Of a stretch of 64,000 nucleotides of DNA, positions 1 to 10,334 are shown one piece after another. Origin of the DNA: Spirochaetaceae bacterium (GTDB taxonomy: Bacteria > Spirochaetota > Spirochaetia > DSM-2461); assembly GCA_051531975.1 (NCBI GenBank), contig JAOPTT010000010.1, positions 64,001 to 128,000 on the forward strand. Direction: 5' to 3'. The position numbers were made by a program, and so were the translations under genes. Below the pieces are notes generated by a model. It was not told the DNA's origin. It saw only the letters and a list, made by a program, of their open reading frames with translations, and made no database searches. The stretch's first letter is position 1, and each line of letters begins with the position of its first letter.

Positions 1-814
1 GACTCTTGTGATAATCTTTTTGATATATCTGGTCAACTATGTATCTTTTTAACCAACGTATAGAAAGTGCTTCACCTTTATGTTTCATTACACATACATC
101 TTCACATGAGTGGGAGCAAATTCGACCACAAGAAGCAGGTAGTGGATTAGATTCATAGACAATTCTTAAACCATCTTCTATATCACCACTTCTAATTGCA
201 GCAATATAACCTGGAACATCCATATGAGCCGGACATGTTGCAACACAAATTCCACATGATACACAACGATCTGCTTCTCTAATCGCCTGGTCCTTACTAT
301 AACCATAAACCATTTCTATAAAGCTATGTTTACTCTCTTCAAAAGGCATCATTGGCATTTCTACTCTAACACCATCTAATAGGTCGTAACCTTCTGAACG
401 TCTATAACCTTTTTCTGAGTTATCCCAACTTTTTTTATCTACTCCTGGAGTAAATCTAAAAACTTCAGGGTCTGCATCTATCCATATATATTCGTTACTC
501 ATACCTAAAGATGATGTTGGACAAACATCTACACATAGGGCACACCAACAACATCTACCATAATCTATATTTGGTCTTAAACCAGAGTCACCATCTTTAG
601 TCTCTATTCCATCTACTGGAATAATATCTATAGCATTGTTTTGACAGATCTCTTCGCAGGTTCCACAACCGATACATTTTTCTGTGTCATTAATATGGAA
701 ACCTCGGTATCTATCTGATCCAGGTCTAGTTACAATTGGGTTCTTTTGTGTATAAGGCTTTTCTAGGGCTCTGCTCCAAACCATAAATGGAGCTGCAATA
801 TCTTTTAAACTCAT
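1..814 (-). CDS. NuoI/MbxN-like 2x[4Fe-4S] domain fused to a GltD/SudA/NfnB-like FAD/NAD(P) oxidoreductase; 3' part lies outside the window
   Basis: Not in the ORF track. Manual translation from ATG at 814: MSLKDIAAPF...YRGFHINDTEKCIGCGTCEEIC...CCWCALCVDVCP...EADRCVSCGICVATCPAHMDVPGYI...NPLPASCGRICSHSCEDVC...IRWLKRY, open to base 1. Confidence 0.85.
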   Translation of the reverse strand, partial: MSLKDIAAPFMVWSRALEKPYTQKNPIVTRPGSDRYRGFHINDTEKCIGCGTCEEICQNNAIDIIPVDGIETKDGDSGLRPNIDYGRCCWCALCVDVCPTSSLGMSNEYIWIDADPEVFRFTPGVDKKSWDNSEKGYRRSEGYDLLDGVRVEMPMMPFEESKHSFIEMVYGYSKDQAIREADRCVSCGICVATCPAHMDVPGYIAAIRSGDIEDGLRIVYESNPLPASCGRICSHSCEDVCVMKHKGEALSIRWLKRYIVDQIYQKDYHKS

Positions 815-818
815 CTTT

Positions 819-2060
819 CTACCTCTCTACTTCTGGTGGATATGTATGTAACGAAACCATTAATCCCGCTGTATCTGCAATGTTTCCACCAATAGAAAGG
901 TGTTCCATTAAACTTACAGCATGGGTATAACTAGGACCACGAACATATATTCTTTGTGGAGTATCCGTACCATCTGTTTTCAGATAGTATCCATACTCAC
1001 CTCTAGTACATTCTGCTTTTTTATATATTTGGCCTTCAGGTACTTTCCAGTTTAGTACGTTAGGTAGCTTTGTAAAAAATTCACCTTTTTTAGGCATCTT
1101 ACTTAAAATCTGCCTAATCATATCAATACTCTGATACATCTCTTTTAACCGTACTTCGGCTCTTGTAAATGCATCTGAATCTTGACCAGTAATTACATCA
1201 AAATCTAGTTTATCGTACATTAAGTATGGTTCATCTTTTCTTAAGTCTCTTTTGAATCCAGCGGCTCTAGCGTTTGGGCCTGTAATTCCAAACTGATCTA
1301 CAATATCCGGGTGAATAATACCTAAACCTTTAGATCTCATTTTGAAAATAGCATTATGAAACATAGTTAGTTCAATATCATTTAACGTCTTCTCGCATGT
1401 ATCCATAGTATCTAAAACTCTACGTTCAAATCCATCTGTAAAGTCTGCTCTAACCCCACCTGGTAACATATACATATGGTATATTCTTCCACCAGTTAGT
1501 TCTTCGAACAGGTCTAAGATGTAATCTCTCATTGTTACAGTCCACTGCCCCTGGGTATTCATACCAAATGAACCACCTTGACCACCAAGCCACATGAAAA
1601 AACTTGCAAGTCTTGCCAATTCTAAGTTTAGTGTTCTAATCCATAAAGCCTTTTCTGGAACCTGGATTCCTGCTAACTCTTCTAAAGTAGCGGCAAACAG
1701 GTACTCGTTGAAGTCTGGTTCTGGTACAGCAACACGGCAAACAATTGGGAAACACTGCATAAACTTACGTCTCTCCATAAGTTTTTCGAAACCTCGATGA
1801 AGATATCCAATATGGGTTTTACACTCCATAATCTCATCTCCACAAACTGTAAGTTCTAAACTCATATTTCCAGTTATACCTGGGTGTTGTGGACCCTGCC
1901 AAATTTTTAAGTACTTTCCACTATCTAGGTCAAAAACTGCTTTACCATCAACAATTGGTGGAAGTTTTGGGTTATCATTTATATGCTCCTGGCTTCTTGT
2001 AAAAAGGTTAGGAACACCTTTTTCTACCATAGGCGATTTTTTTGATTTTTTCTCTACCAT
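819..2060 (-). CDS. nuoD: NuoD/MbxL-like subunit, without NiFe ligands
   Basis: GPQHPG, IGYLHRGFEK, GITGPNARA and ECTRGE motifs; C-terminus PPEVER. Confidence 0.85.
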   Translation of the reverse strand: MVEKKSKKSPMVEKGVPNLFTRSQEHINDNPKLPPIVDGKAVFDLDSGKYLKIWQGPQHPGITGNMSLELTVCGDEIMECKTHIGYLHRGFEKLMERRKFMQCFPIVCRVAVPEPDFNEYLFAATLEELAGIQVPEKALWIRTLNLELARLASFFMWLGGQGGSFGMNTQGQWTVTMRDYILDLFEELTGGRIYHMYMLPGGVRADFTDGFERRVLDTMDTCEKTLNDIELTMFHNAIFKMRSKGLGIIHPDIVDQFGITGPNARAAGFKRDLRKDEPYLMYDKLDFDVITGQDSDAFTRAEVRLKEMYQSIDMIRQILSKMPKKGEFFTKLPNVLNWKVPEGQIYKKAECTRGEYGYYLKTDGTDTPQRIYVRGPSYTHAVSLMEHLSIGGNIADTAGLMVSLHTYPPEVER

Positions 2061-2599
2061 TTTTCAGCCTCACTAGGATACATTTTTTCTCTCATATACT
2101 CAGTTGGATCGTATGTTTTTCTACCTGGTCGTTCATAAAATGTCTCTTCAGAGAACTTTTTAGTATCAAAATCCTTTCTCATAGGAGGTATATCTTCCCA
2201 ACCTTCTAGGCAAAAGTTCTCGTTAACACCTGGGGATCCAGGGAAATCTACACCGTACATCTCTCTTAGTTCCCTCTGGTATGTTGCAGCTGCAGGCCAT
2301 AAGTAGTGGATACTATCCATAGTTGCATTTTCACGGTCTATAGATACAAGAACTGCGATATCGTGATTAAATTTATAGCTATGTAACATATAAATCAGAT
2401 CAAACTCCCCTCTCTCTATGTGGTCTATTGCCGTAAAAAAGGAGAGATGGGCATAGGATTCAACTTTTTGTAGATTTGAAATTAATGCTATAGCTTTATC
2501 TTTTTTTACACGAATATACGCCTGAGTAGGGTTTTTAACTTCTAACCCAAAGGTTTCATATCCATGTTCTAATCTATTAAATAATTCTGATCTGTCCAT
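2054..2599 (-). CDS. nuoC: NuoC/MbxK-like subunit
   Basis: WPAAATYQRELREMYGVDFPG and PPMRKDF motifs. Confidence 0.85.
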   Translation of the reverse strand: MDRSELFNRLEHGYETFGLEVKNPTQAYIRVKKDKAIALISNLQKVESYAHLSFFTAIDHIERGEFDLIYMLHSYKFNHDIAVLVSIDRENATMDSIHYLWPAAATYQRELREMYGVDFPGSPGVNENFCLEGWEDIPPMRKDFDTKKFSEETFYERPGRKTYDPTEYMREKMYPSEAEKW

Positions 2600-2607
2600 A
2601 TCTCTCC

Positions 2608-3357
2608 CTACCAGTTATAGTCTGGCATATTCCAGTCTTTTATAATTCGTTTTTGGTTTGCTTTATACCACTCAAAGTTCTGAGCATATTTATTTGCACC
2701 TTCACCATTACCAGCTTTTATTATTTTTTTAAGTTCCATAAAACCGGCTAATAAAGCTTCTGGCCTTGGCATACACCCAGCAATATAAACATCAACAGGT
2801 ATATAGTGGTCGATTCTGTTTACTGTGTTATAAGAATCCCAATACATTCCACCGTTAATGGTGCAGCTACCTAAAGCAATAACAAACTTAGGTCCCTGCA
2901 TCTCCTCGTAACTTCTAACTATTCGTTTCATTGTTTTAACAGATGCATAACCACCAATAACAAATACACTAGATTGCCTTGGGGTTGGTCTTGGCTGAAT
3001 ACCATACTGGTACATATCAAACCGACTAGTCATTAATGGTCTTAATTCTATTGCACCACAACCGGTACCAAAACCTAAAACCCATAAAGACTCACTTCTA
3101 GCCCAGTTTAAAAAGTTCTCCCAGAAACCTCTAAAAGGTTTAATAACATCTGGAGCCTGGTCACAGAAGTTATCTCTATCTTCAGGAGCTAAACCTTCAT
3201 TTTTAAGTGTCAGCTGCTCTGTAAAAAGTTTTAATTGCTCGCCTGCAGTTAGATTATCTGACATTTCACCGCCAGGAATTGTTCTAGGATCAGGATTTGC
3301 AACTGGGCAGCCATCTGGGGCACCCTTGTCTGCATATTTTCTTTCTAAGTCACTCAT
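2608..3357 (-). CDS. nuoB: NuoB/MbxJ-like Fe-S subunit
   Basis: WARSESLW, TGCGAIE, PKFVIALGSC and PVDVYIAGCMPRPE motifs. Confidence 0.88.
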   Translation of the reverse strand: MSDLERKYADKGAPDGCPVANPDPRTIPGGEMSDNLTAGEQLKLFTEQLTLKNEGLAPEDRDNFCDQAPDVIKPFRGFWENFLNWARSESLWVLGFGTGCGAIELRPLMTSRFDMYQYGIQPRPTPRQSSVFVIGGYASVKTMKRIVRSYEEMQGPKFVIALGSCTINGGMYWDSYNTVNRIDHYIPVDVYIAGCMPRPEALLAGFMELKKIIKAGNGEGANKYAQNFEWYKANQKRIIKDWNMPDYNW

Positions 3358-3366
3358 TTATATCTC

Positions 3367-4299
3367 CTAAACACTCTGTAATACTACTGCGGCAATACCT
3401 ATAATTGTAGGTACTCCAAGGAAAAATCGTATTGACTGTTCTGTTTTAAACCTAGGGAAACTAGCCCCTACTAGATTTACATATAGGTAGATTAAAAATG
3501 TTTTTGCAACCATTATTAATATAGCAATTAAAACATATTTATGTGTTGCTCCACCCCAGAAAAGGTTCATGAATAGAACCATTTTTGCTCCATTAAATAT
3601 TGCTCTATTTGTTTGTAACATACCTAAGAAGCTTGACTGCATCTCAGTTGGAGGTCCTATTGGGATCTCCTGTGGTGCTATAACAACAGAAAATGGATTA
3701 CCCATACTCATTCCTAAAAATGCTAACATTCCGGAAATCATTGCTAGAGGGTTTGTAAATGCTACCCAGTTTTGGAATCCTCCCTGCTGAGCTGCTACAA
3801 TTTCTGTAATAGATAAAGTACCATATTGTGCTGCAATTGAAATTATTGCTAAAGCAAAAGGAAGTTCAAATGCTGTCATCTGAGCTAAACCTCTACCTAC
3901 TCCTAATGGAGCGTAAGGGTGTCCACTTTGACCAGCACCTAAAGCCATACCTAATTGGCCAAAAAATATAAAATACATTACAAGAATTAGATCTCCAGAG
4001 AAGGAGAGATTCTCAAACATAACAAAACCAAAAACTACAGGCATAAATAGATATGTACCTAAGCCTCCTGCAAGTCTAAATACAGGGCCTAAATAGAACA
4101 TTATACCGTGGGATATCCCAGTTCTTTTGGCATTGTTTTTTATAATATCAATATATGGCTGCCATATAGGCTGCCCAATTCTTCCCTGGACCTTAGCTCG
4201 AATCCGAGCCATAGTACCAATTAGAAGAAGTGCATAGTTAAGTATTACCATTAAAGAGATAAATAGATATAATCCCTTAGTTAAAATTTGTTGTAACAT
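3367..4299 (-). CDS. nuoH: NuoH/MbxM-like membrane subunit
   Basis: AKVQGRIGQPIWQPYIDIIK, EIPIGPPTE and FPRFK motifs; multiple TM helices. Confidence 0.85.
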   Translation of the reverse strand: MLQQILTKGLYLFISLMVILNYALLLIGTMARIRAKVQGRIGQPIWQPYIDIIKNNAKRTGISHGIMFYLGPVFRLAGGLGTYLFMPVVFGFVMFENLSFSGDLILVMYFIFFGQLGMALGAGQSGHPYAPLGVGRGLAQMTAFELPFALAIISIAAQYGTLSITEIVAAQQGGFQNWVAFTNPLAMISGMLAFLGMSMGNPFSVVIAPQEIPIGPPTEMQSSFLGMLQTNRAIFNGAKMVLFMNLFWGGATHKYVLIAILIMVAKTFLIYLYVNLVGASFPRFKTEQSIRFFLGVPTIIGIAAVVLQSV

Positions 4300-7200
4300 T
4301 AAGCCTGACCTCCCAAAATAACAAAGATAAATATAAGATATAGAACTATCTGGAACATATAACCCTGAGGGTTACCACTATTCCATCTTCTTAATCCTCC
4401 AGAAATTGTATGTACAATGTTACTAGAGGTATCCCAAAATCGTCTTGCCCATGGATCAACTAAGAAACCTAGTGCTTTTTGATAATGACCAAAGAAATTA
4501 TATGCATAATGAGTTGTCTCAGGTTTATCTGGTCTCTCAGATGCAAATACAATGTTAAACTGTTTAACCTTTGTAATATTAGTGTTCATAACTAATAACC
4601 AGATTAATGGAACTGCAAAAACACCCATAACTACGTACATTACAGCATTACCATTCCAGTAACCCATTGATGTAATTACTTCGTAACCATTCCACTCTAT
4701 TGTACTAGCAAAATATGGTGTTATAATTTCTTGTAGAGGTTTAAGTATTAAGTTAGGGTACATTGAAAATGCCATAACAATAATAAAGAAGATATACTGA
4801 GGTATTAAGAATACAATTGGTGCTTCTTTTATCTCTCTGTAAATACCTTTTTCTTGACCTAAGAAAATAGCGTGTATAAGTCTAAACAAGTATAGGAATG
4901 CTACACCAGAAGCAAACATAGCTAATGCTGCTTGTAGGTACCAACCTTTCTCTAATAGAGCACTGTAAATTAACCACTTTGCTCCAAAACCAGATAGAGG
5001 TGGAACACCTGATAACGCGATAATTCCAACTAATACACTAATAAAACTAAGGGGCATTCTTTTTATTAAACCACCCATCTGGTACATAAATCTAGTTCCA
5101 GTTCGGTATACAACACCTGCAATTGCTATAAATAACATTCCCTTAATCATTGTATGGGTAACAGCTAGATAAAGACTACTCATCCAACCTAAATGGCTCA
5201 TAACTGCAAAACCTAGCACCATGTAACCAACTTGTCCCATAGAAGAATAAGCCAATGTATATTTAATATCTTCTTGGAATAGAGCCATCATAGAACCAGC
5301 TACTGCTGTAATTGCTCCAATCCAACCTATTATATAGATAAAATCTAAACCTCTAAAGTTACCCATTGCTGGTATGAGGTTTTCAGCAAAAAATGATCCA
5401 CCTAAGAACAGTAGAAATAGTCCTGCTTTACTTAAAATAGTAGAGAATAGTGATGAAACATCATCCTCAGCCTCGGCGTATGTAACAGGTAACCAGATGT
5501 GGAAACCAATATTTCCCATTTTAATCAGGGCACCTAAACTTATTAATATTTTAGCAGCTAAGAAGTTTCCTTCAGCTCCAAAAGCGTCACCAATATAAAC
5601 ATTTCCTAATAGAGTTAAACCAGCTAATAAAGTAAAAGCTGAACCTAAAGAGAATATAATATAACGTAGTCCACCAGCAGAAGCTTTGTTACCTCGGCTC
5701 ATTAAGAAGTAGGAAGTTAGTGTCATCATCTCCCAACCAAAGAACAGTCCAAAGTTTGAGTTACTAACTAAAATAGTTCCTAAAGAGACAATTAGCCCCA
5801 TAATCATGGCCATTAAGCCAGGAGTACGTCCTTTTCTATTTAAGAATATAATTAACTGTACAAGTGTACCAATTATGAAAATGGCACCAAATACAATTTT
5901 AATCCCCTGTAGCTGTGGTAATAATATCCAGCCGTAATAAGCTGTGGCAGCTATGGATAAAATTACTTGTATTTTTGTAGGAACCCTTAATAGGTCTAAT
6001 AGACCAAAGGCGATAACCACAACAAATGGTATAAACAGAATAGCTGAAAGACCTACTTGAATATTGTAATAATAACCAACAACAAATAGTGAAACTGCCA
6101 TTAGACCTAGAAATAACTGAGTCCATGTAAAAGCTTTTTTATCAACAATTACTTTTTTAGCACCATCGATTCCAGCTAAAACTGTTTGTGGAGCCTCACC
6201 AATAACATCCGTAGATTTATATACTGGTTTATTAGCAACATTATCTGCTGGAACTTCCTCTTCTAAAGTAGTTCCTTTGTCTTCAGGATGTCTAATTTTT
6301 TTACTAAACCATCTAAATAGATATACACCTTCTAAAAGTGATCCTGATAAAATGATAAACATTAACAGATACTGATCGCTATTAGCTAAATACTGTATAA
6401 TAGAATATTTTGCACCAAATGCAGGGAATGGAGGTAAACCTATTAGTGTAACAATAAATATTGCTGCTAATATTAGTAAAAATGGTCTATTTCGTCCCGA
6501 TTCAACTACTGAACCATTAAATCCTGTATTTTTTTCATCAAAATATTTTCCAACAAAAAATAGTCCAGTTTTACCAACACTGTGGCTTAATAGTAGAATT
6601 ATAGCTGGGAAAATAGCATTACTTCCTAGACTTAAAACTATTAAAACAAGACCAATTTGAGCAGACGATGAATAACCTAACATCTTCTTAAATGATGTCT
6701 GGCTCAGAGCCTGTATCTGAGAAACAATAAAGGTTAATCCACCTACTGTTAATAACATTGGTAACATAAGAGCTGGGTTTACTAAAGCAAACATTTTGGT
6801 TAAAACCATTAAAAATGCTGTTGCCTGAATCCCACTCATCATAGCACCCATAGAGTGATCCGCAGCTTCGTAGGTATCCATTGCCCAACCATTTGCTAAG
6901 GCTGGTTTTAACTCTATCAATAGACCAGTAATAATAAATACTGGCCATAATAGACCTATTGGTCCTGCAGACAGATCAACATTAGCAGGAATTGCATCTA
7001 GGTTAAGTGTTCCAGCTAATAGATAAAATAGTCCAATACCTATTAGATAAAATACAGAGGATAATCCAGTGGCTAACATGTATTTAAAACCACCCTCAAA
7101 TACTCTCTGATCTTTAGCTGTACTTAATAGTCCAAAAAGAGAGATAGATGATATTTCCATAAATACAAAGATATTAAATAGGTCTCTAGTTATTACTAAA

Positions 7201-7568
7201 CCGTTAGCACCTAATAATAGAACAGCAAACAAAATAATCTGTTTACCTTTCCAGGCATCGGTTTTACTAAAAATTAACTGGGATATAACAAACAGACCTA
7301 AGCTGTTTATTACAGTTAATATAGTTGCTTCGTATATTCCAACTGCAACGTTAATAGTTAAGAAACTTGGAAGTCCCGCTGTTCCCATATAAACAAATCC
7401 AGGTTCACCAGTTAAAATATTAAATAACCATAAAGCCGGAATAGCTGCCATTGCAGAAAAAACTATAACTGTTGCTAATTTACCAACACCTATGTGAATC
7501 TTTTCAAATAGAGGAAATATAAATGCAAAGCCCAAGGCAAGGGCTAAAAGAATTAAAGGGTTTACCAT
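4299..7568 (-). CDS. Fused double MrpD/MrpA-type (MbxH+H'-like) proton-pumping antiporter subunit
   Basis: Two NuoL/M/N-like halves (DLFNIFVFMEI...LGYSSSAQIG...GLPPF and FFGWEMMTL...FHIWLP...LAYSSMGQVG...GVPPLSGF) joined by a polar linker. Confidence 0.85.
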   Translation of the reverse strand: MVNPLILLALALGFAFIFPLFEKIHIGVGKLATVIVFSAMAAIPALWLFNILTGEPGFVYMGTAGLPSFLTINVAVGIYEATILTVINSLGLFVISQLIFSKTDAWKGKQIILFAVLLLGANGLVITRDLFNIFVFMEISSISLFGLLSTAKDQRVFEGGFKYMLATGLSSVFYLIGIGLFYLLAGTLNLDAIPANVDLSAGPIGLLWPVFIITGLLIELKPALANGWAMDTYEAADHSMGAMMSGIQATAFLMVLTKMFALVNPALMLPMLLTVGGLTFIVSQIQALSQTSFKKMLGYSSSAQIGLVLIVLSLGSNAIFPAIILLLSHSVGKTGLFFVGKYFDEKNTGFNGSVVESGRNRPFLLILAAIFIVTLIGLPPFPAFGAKYSIIQYLANSDQYLLMFIILSGSLLEGVYLFRWFSKKIRHPEDKGTTLEEEVPADNVANKPVYKSTDVIGEAPQTVLAGIDGAKKVIVDKKAFTWTQLFLGLMAVSLFVVGYYYNIQVGLSAILFIPFVVVIAFGLLDLLRVPTKIQVILSIAATAYYGWILLPQLQGIKIVFGAIFIIGTLVQLIIFLNRKGRTPGLMAMIMGLIVSLGTILVSNSNFGLFFGWEMMTLTSYFLMSRGNKASAGGLRYIIFSLGSAFTLLAGLTLLGNVYIGDAFGAEGNFLAAKILISLGALIKMGNIGFHIWLPVTYAEAEDDVSSLFSTILSKAGLFLLFLGGSFFAENLIPAMGNFRGLDFIYIIGWIGAITAVAGSMMALFQEDIKYTLAYSSMGQVGYMVLGFAVMSHLGWMSSLYLAVTHTMIKGMLFIAIAGVVYRTGTRFMYQMGGLIKRMPLSFISVLVGIIALSGVPPLSGFGAKWLIYSALLEKGWYLQAALAMFASGVAFLYLFRLIHAIFLGQEKGIYREIKEAPIVFLIPQYIFFIIVMAFSMYPNLILKPLQEIITPYFASTIEWNGYEVITSMGYWNGNAVMYVVMGVFAVPLIWLLVMNTNITKVKQFNIVFASERPDKPETTHYAYNFFGHYQKALGFLVDPWARRFWDTSSNIVHTISGGLRRWNSGNPQGYMFQIVLYLIFIFVILGGQA

Positions 7569-7921
7569 TTGAGCTCCTTTGCTTTATCTATCATTAAACT
7601 TTTATTTCGTTTAGCCAGTCTAACTGCATAACTTAACATTAAAGCGGTTACTGCTAAACCAATTACAATAGCTGTTAAAACTAGTGCTGAAGGTATTGGG
7701 TCTACAGCTTTTTCTAACGCCTGGGCTACCTGCAAATCCCCGTCAAATATAGGTGCTGTTCCATCTTTTCTGTAACCTATAGCTACTAGAAACATATGAA
7801 TACCAGTATCTAAAATTGAAAATCCAAGAATTATTTTTACAATATTTCTACGGGTTAAAAGAGCCCATAAACCAACTAGAACTAAAATCCCAGCTAATAT
7901 ATATAAATATGTTGTCATCAT
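7562..7921 (-). CDS. mnhC: Mrp antiporter subunit C (MnhC/MbxG)
   Basis: RRNIVKIILG; DPIPSALVLTAIVIG. Confidence 0.9.
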   Translation of the reverse strand: MMTTYLYILAGILVLVGLWALLTRRNIVKIILGFSILDTGIHMFLVAIGYRKDGTAPIFDGDLQVAQALEKAVDPIPSALVLTAIVIGLAVTALMLSYAVRLAKRNKSLMIDKAKELKW

Positions 7922-8607
7922 GAATAACTCCTCATGCCATCTATTAATCCTGACATCTCAGATCCAACTTTTATACCAACTAATGAGTAGATAACAGGTA
8001 TTGCTCCTGCACTAAATAGTGAACCAAACTCTCCCATTGGTAAAAATCTTGGATCAAGGAATCCACCTGCTAACCATAAACCTAGTAGACCAACAGCAAC
8101 ATAAGAAACACCAGCGAGTCCTTCTAAGAAGCTAATTAAACTATGGTTAAGTCCTTTTAGTGTTCCACCAAATAGAGCCAAAATTACACCGGAAGCGATA
8201 ATAACTCCACCTTGGAAACCACCACCAGGGGATATGTGTCCAAATACAAAAATATAGATACCAAAAACAAATATTAGAGGTAGTAGAACCATTGCACCTG
8301 TTTCTAATATCTCAGAAGGAGAGTCACCTTCCTCTTCTCTTTTTTTACCATGGAATTGGGAGAAAACAAGTGCGACACCAGCTGCTGCTGCAAATAGTAC
8401 TGTAACCTCACCTAATGTATCTAAACCACGATATGTAACAACTACTGCTGTTACTAAGTTTGGAGCTCCTAAATCTGCAGCACCGTTAACTAGGTACTCT
8501 TTTGCAAGATCTCCAACATCATTTCTCTCGTATATTACATTTGCTAAAGGAAAAAATAGTGAGGCAAAAATAATCAATAATACAATTGTGAATACTCTTT
8601 TAATCAT
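7918..8607 (-). CDS. mnhB: Mrp antiporter subunit B (MbhE+F-like fusion)
   Basis: NLVTAVVVTYRGLDTLGE; GHISPGGGFQGG. Confidence 0.9.
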   Translation of the reverse strand: MIKRVFTIVLLIIFASLFFPLANVIYERNDVGDLAKEYLVNGAADLGAPNLVTAVVVTYRGLDTLGEVTVLFAAAAGVALVFSQFHGKKREEEGDSPSEILETGAMVLLPLIFVFGIYIFVFGHISPGGGFQGGVIIASGVILALFGGTLKGLNHSLISFLEGLAGVSYVAVGLLGLWLAGGFLDPRFLPMGEFGSLFSAGAIPVIYSLVGIKVGSEMSGLIDGMRSYS

Positions 8608-8866
8608 TTTTTTCCTCCTTTTTCTCTTTTTCTACATTTTTTACTCTAAACCAGGCAAAAAGGAATACAACAGTAGTTAATGCAGAACCAATAGATGCCT
8701 CTGTCATTGCAACATCTGGTGCACCATAAATTAGGTATAAAACCGATGCTAATAGAGAAACTGCACCAGCTGCTATTATAGAACTAACCATATCTTTTAG
8801 TTGAATTGCTAAAATAGCAGAAATTACTACCATTACTGATAAAACAATTAATATTATACTAATCAC
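8600..8866 (-). CDS. MbhD/DUF4040 small membrane subunit
   Basis: APDVAMTEASIG motif. Confidence 0.85.
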   Translation of the reverse strand: MISIILIVLSVMVVISAILAIQLKDMVSSIIAAGAVSLLASVLYLIYGAPDVAMTEASIGSALTTVVFLFAWFRVKNVEKEKKEEKND

Positions 8867-9216
8867 TTTTTATCACCTCCATCTTTATACTCTCTAAGCT
8901 CATCTCTTGAAGGAATGTCCTTAGCATATTTTTTAAGAAGTGGATTTGAACCAATATAATGGGCGGCTCTAACTAAGGTATGTGAAGAGATTGGGTTAGT
9001 AAAAAATATAAATAGAACTAACAGTAAATATTTTGTCCAATCCGATGGGTTATACATAATAAAACCTAAAAAGATTAAAATACTACCAAGAGTAGAAGCT
9101 TTTGTTCCAGCTTGCATTCTGTTATATATATCTGGCATCCGAATTAATCCGATACTAGCCAAAAGCAAAAATATAGAACCTATTAAAATTACAACTGCTG
9201 CTATTATTTCAATCAT
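8863..9216 (-). CDS. mnhG: Mrp antiporter subunit G
   Basis: GLIRMPDIYNRMQAGTKASTLG; TNPISSH. Confidence 0.9.
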   Translation of the reverse strand: MIEIIAAVVILIGSIFLLLASIGLIRMPDIYNRMQAGTKASTLGSILIFLGFIMYNPSDWTKYLLLVLFIFFTNPISSHTLVRAAHYIGSNPLLKKYAKDIPSRDELREYKDGGDKK

Positions 9217-9478
9217 CTAATCCTCCTCTTTCGGTATAACGGGCAAATGCTATAACACCTAAAAAGCTTAATAATCCGTATACTAGGGCAACATCTAAAT
9301 ATATAGACCGGCCTAATATGTGGGATATAAAAACTATTAAGGATATAGACATAATTGTTAGTGCATCAAACGCTACTACACGATTCAGGTAATCTGGACC
9401 TATAAGTAGACGTATAAACGTTATTGTCATTGCAAGTAGTAAAATTACACAGGCAACCATTAAAATTATATTAGCCAA
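9209..9478 (-). CDS. mnhF: Mrp antiporter subunit F
   Basis: RLLIGPDYLNRVVAFD; YLDVALVYGLLSF. Confidence 0.9.
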   Translation of the reverse strand: MANIILMVACVILLLAMTITFIRLLIGPDYLNRVVAFDALTIMSISLIVFISHILGRSIYLDVALVYGLLSFLGVIAFARYTERGGLDD

Positions 9479-9968
9479 AGATAACCTCCAGATATTTCTC
9501 GAAACCTTTTACAATTTCGTCTGTTGCTTCCTGGGGATCTACAGATTCTATATTAATCCAATGAATAAACAGAGAATCACCTTTTACATCCACAGTAATT
9601 GTACCTGGCGTAAGGGTAATTGAGTTTGCTAAACAGAGCCTACCTAATCTACTTTTTAAAGTAGTTTTAACTTCTACGATACCAGGATTAATTGGCATTT
9701 TAGGGGTTAATACAATAAGTGCTATTTGGATATTAGACTTAACTACTGCCCATAAAAAGATAAAGATATAGACGATACCATAACCAATCTTTTTTGGAAC
9801 TAATTTAAGTTCTCCGTATACTTCCGAACCAGGGAGTGGAACAAGAATAAAAAATAGAGTAATTAACACCCCTATAATTGAATCTTGTAGACTCAGTGGA
9901 AAAACCAATAGAACCCATAACCCAAATATTGAAAGGGCTAACGGAATCCTAAACCAGAATTTTTTCAT
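9471..9968 (-). CDS. mnhE: Mrp antiporter subunit E
   Basis: INPGIVEV; LANSITLTPGT; start moved to ATG 9968, which follows a GGAGGT SD. Confidence 0.9.
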   Translation of the reverse strand: MKKFWFRIPLALSIFGLWVLLVFPLSLQDSIIGVLITLFFILVPLPGSEVYGELKLVPKKIGYGIVYIFIFLWAVVKSNIQIALIVLTPKMPINPGIVEVKTTLKSRLGRLCLANSITLTPGTITVDVKGDSLFIHWINIESVDPQEATDEIVKGFEKYLEVIFG

Positions 9969-10027
9969 TTTTACCTCCGGCATTAAATATATCTATTTCG
10001 ATACATATAGAAAATAATATGTATTAA

Positions 10028-10056
10028 ATTATCGATTGAATCTGAGCCAAAGTCAA
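10028..10056 (-). promoter_or_regulatory. sigma70-type promoter of the mrp-mbx operon
   Basis: TTGACT-17 nt-GATAAT on the minus strand, about 60 nt upstream of mnhE. Confidence 0.55.
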
Positions 10057-10334
10057 GGAAAATGTTTAGTAGTTTACAAACAGGCTATAATTGGGCTTAA
10101 AGTGCCTTAGAACATAAAATATTAGAATATATGATAATAAGAGCCTATATTATTAGGATATTGACATAAAATACTTTTCAGCTATTGTAGAGAAATCTCC
10201 CTATTTAAGGAATTTGATAAGCCCTACTTTCCTACCTTGGCGGTATGAATTTCTCTCTATTTTAAGCCAAAAACTGTATCAGGCTTGCTCATATTTTCCT
10301 ATATATATTCTGCAGTTCACAATTAATTGATATA

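Noticed and set aside
819..2060. [NiFe]-hydrogenase large subunit
   Set aside because: Both CxxC metal-binding motifs are absent and there are no maturation genes
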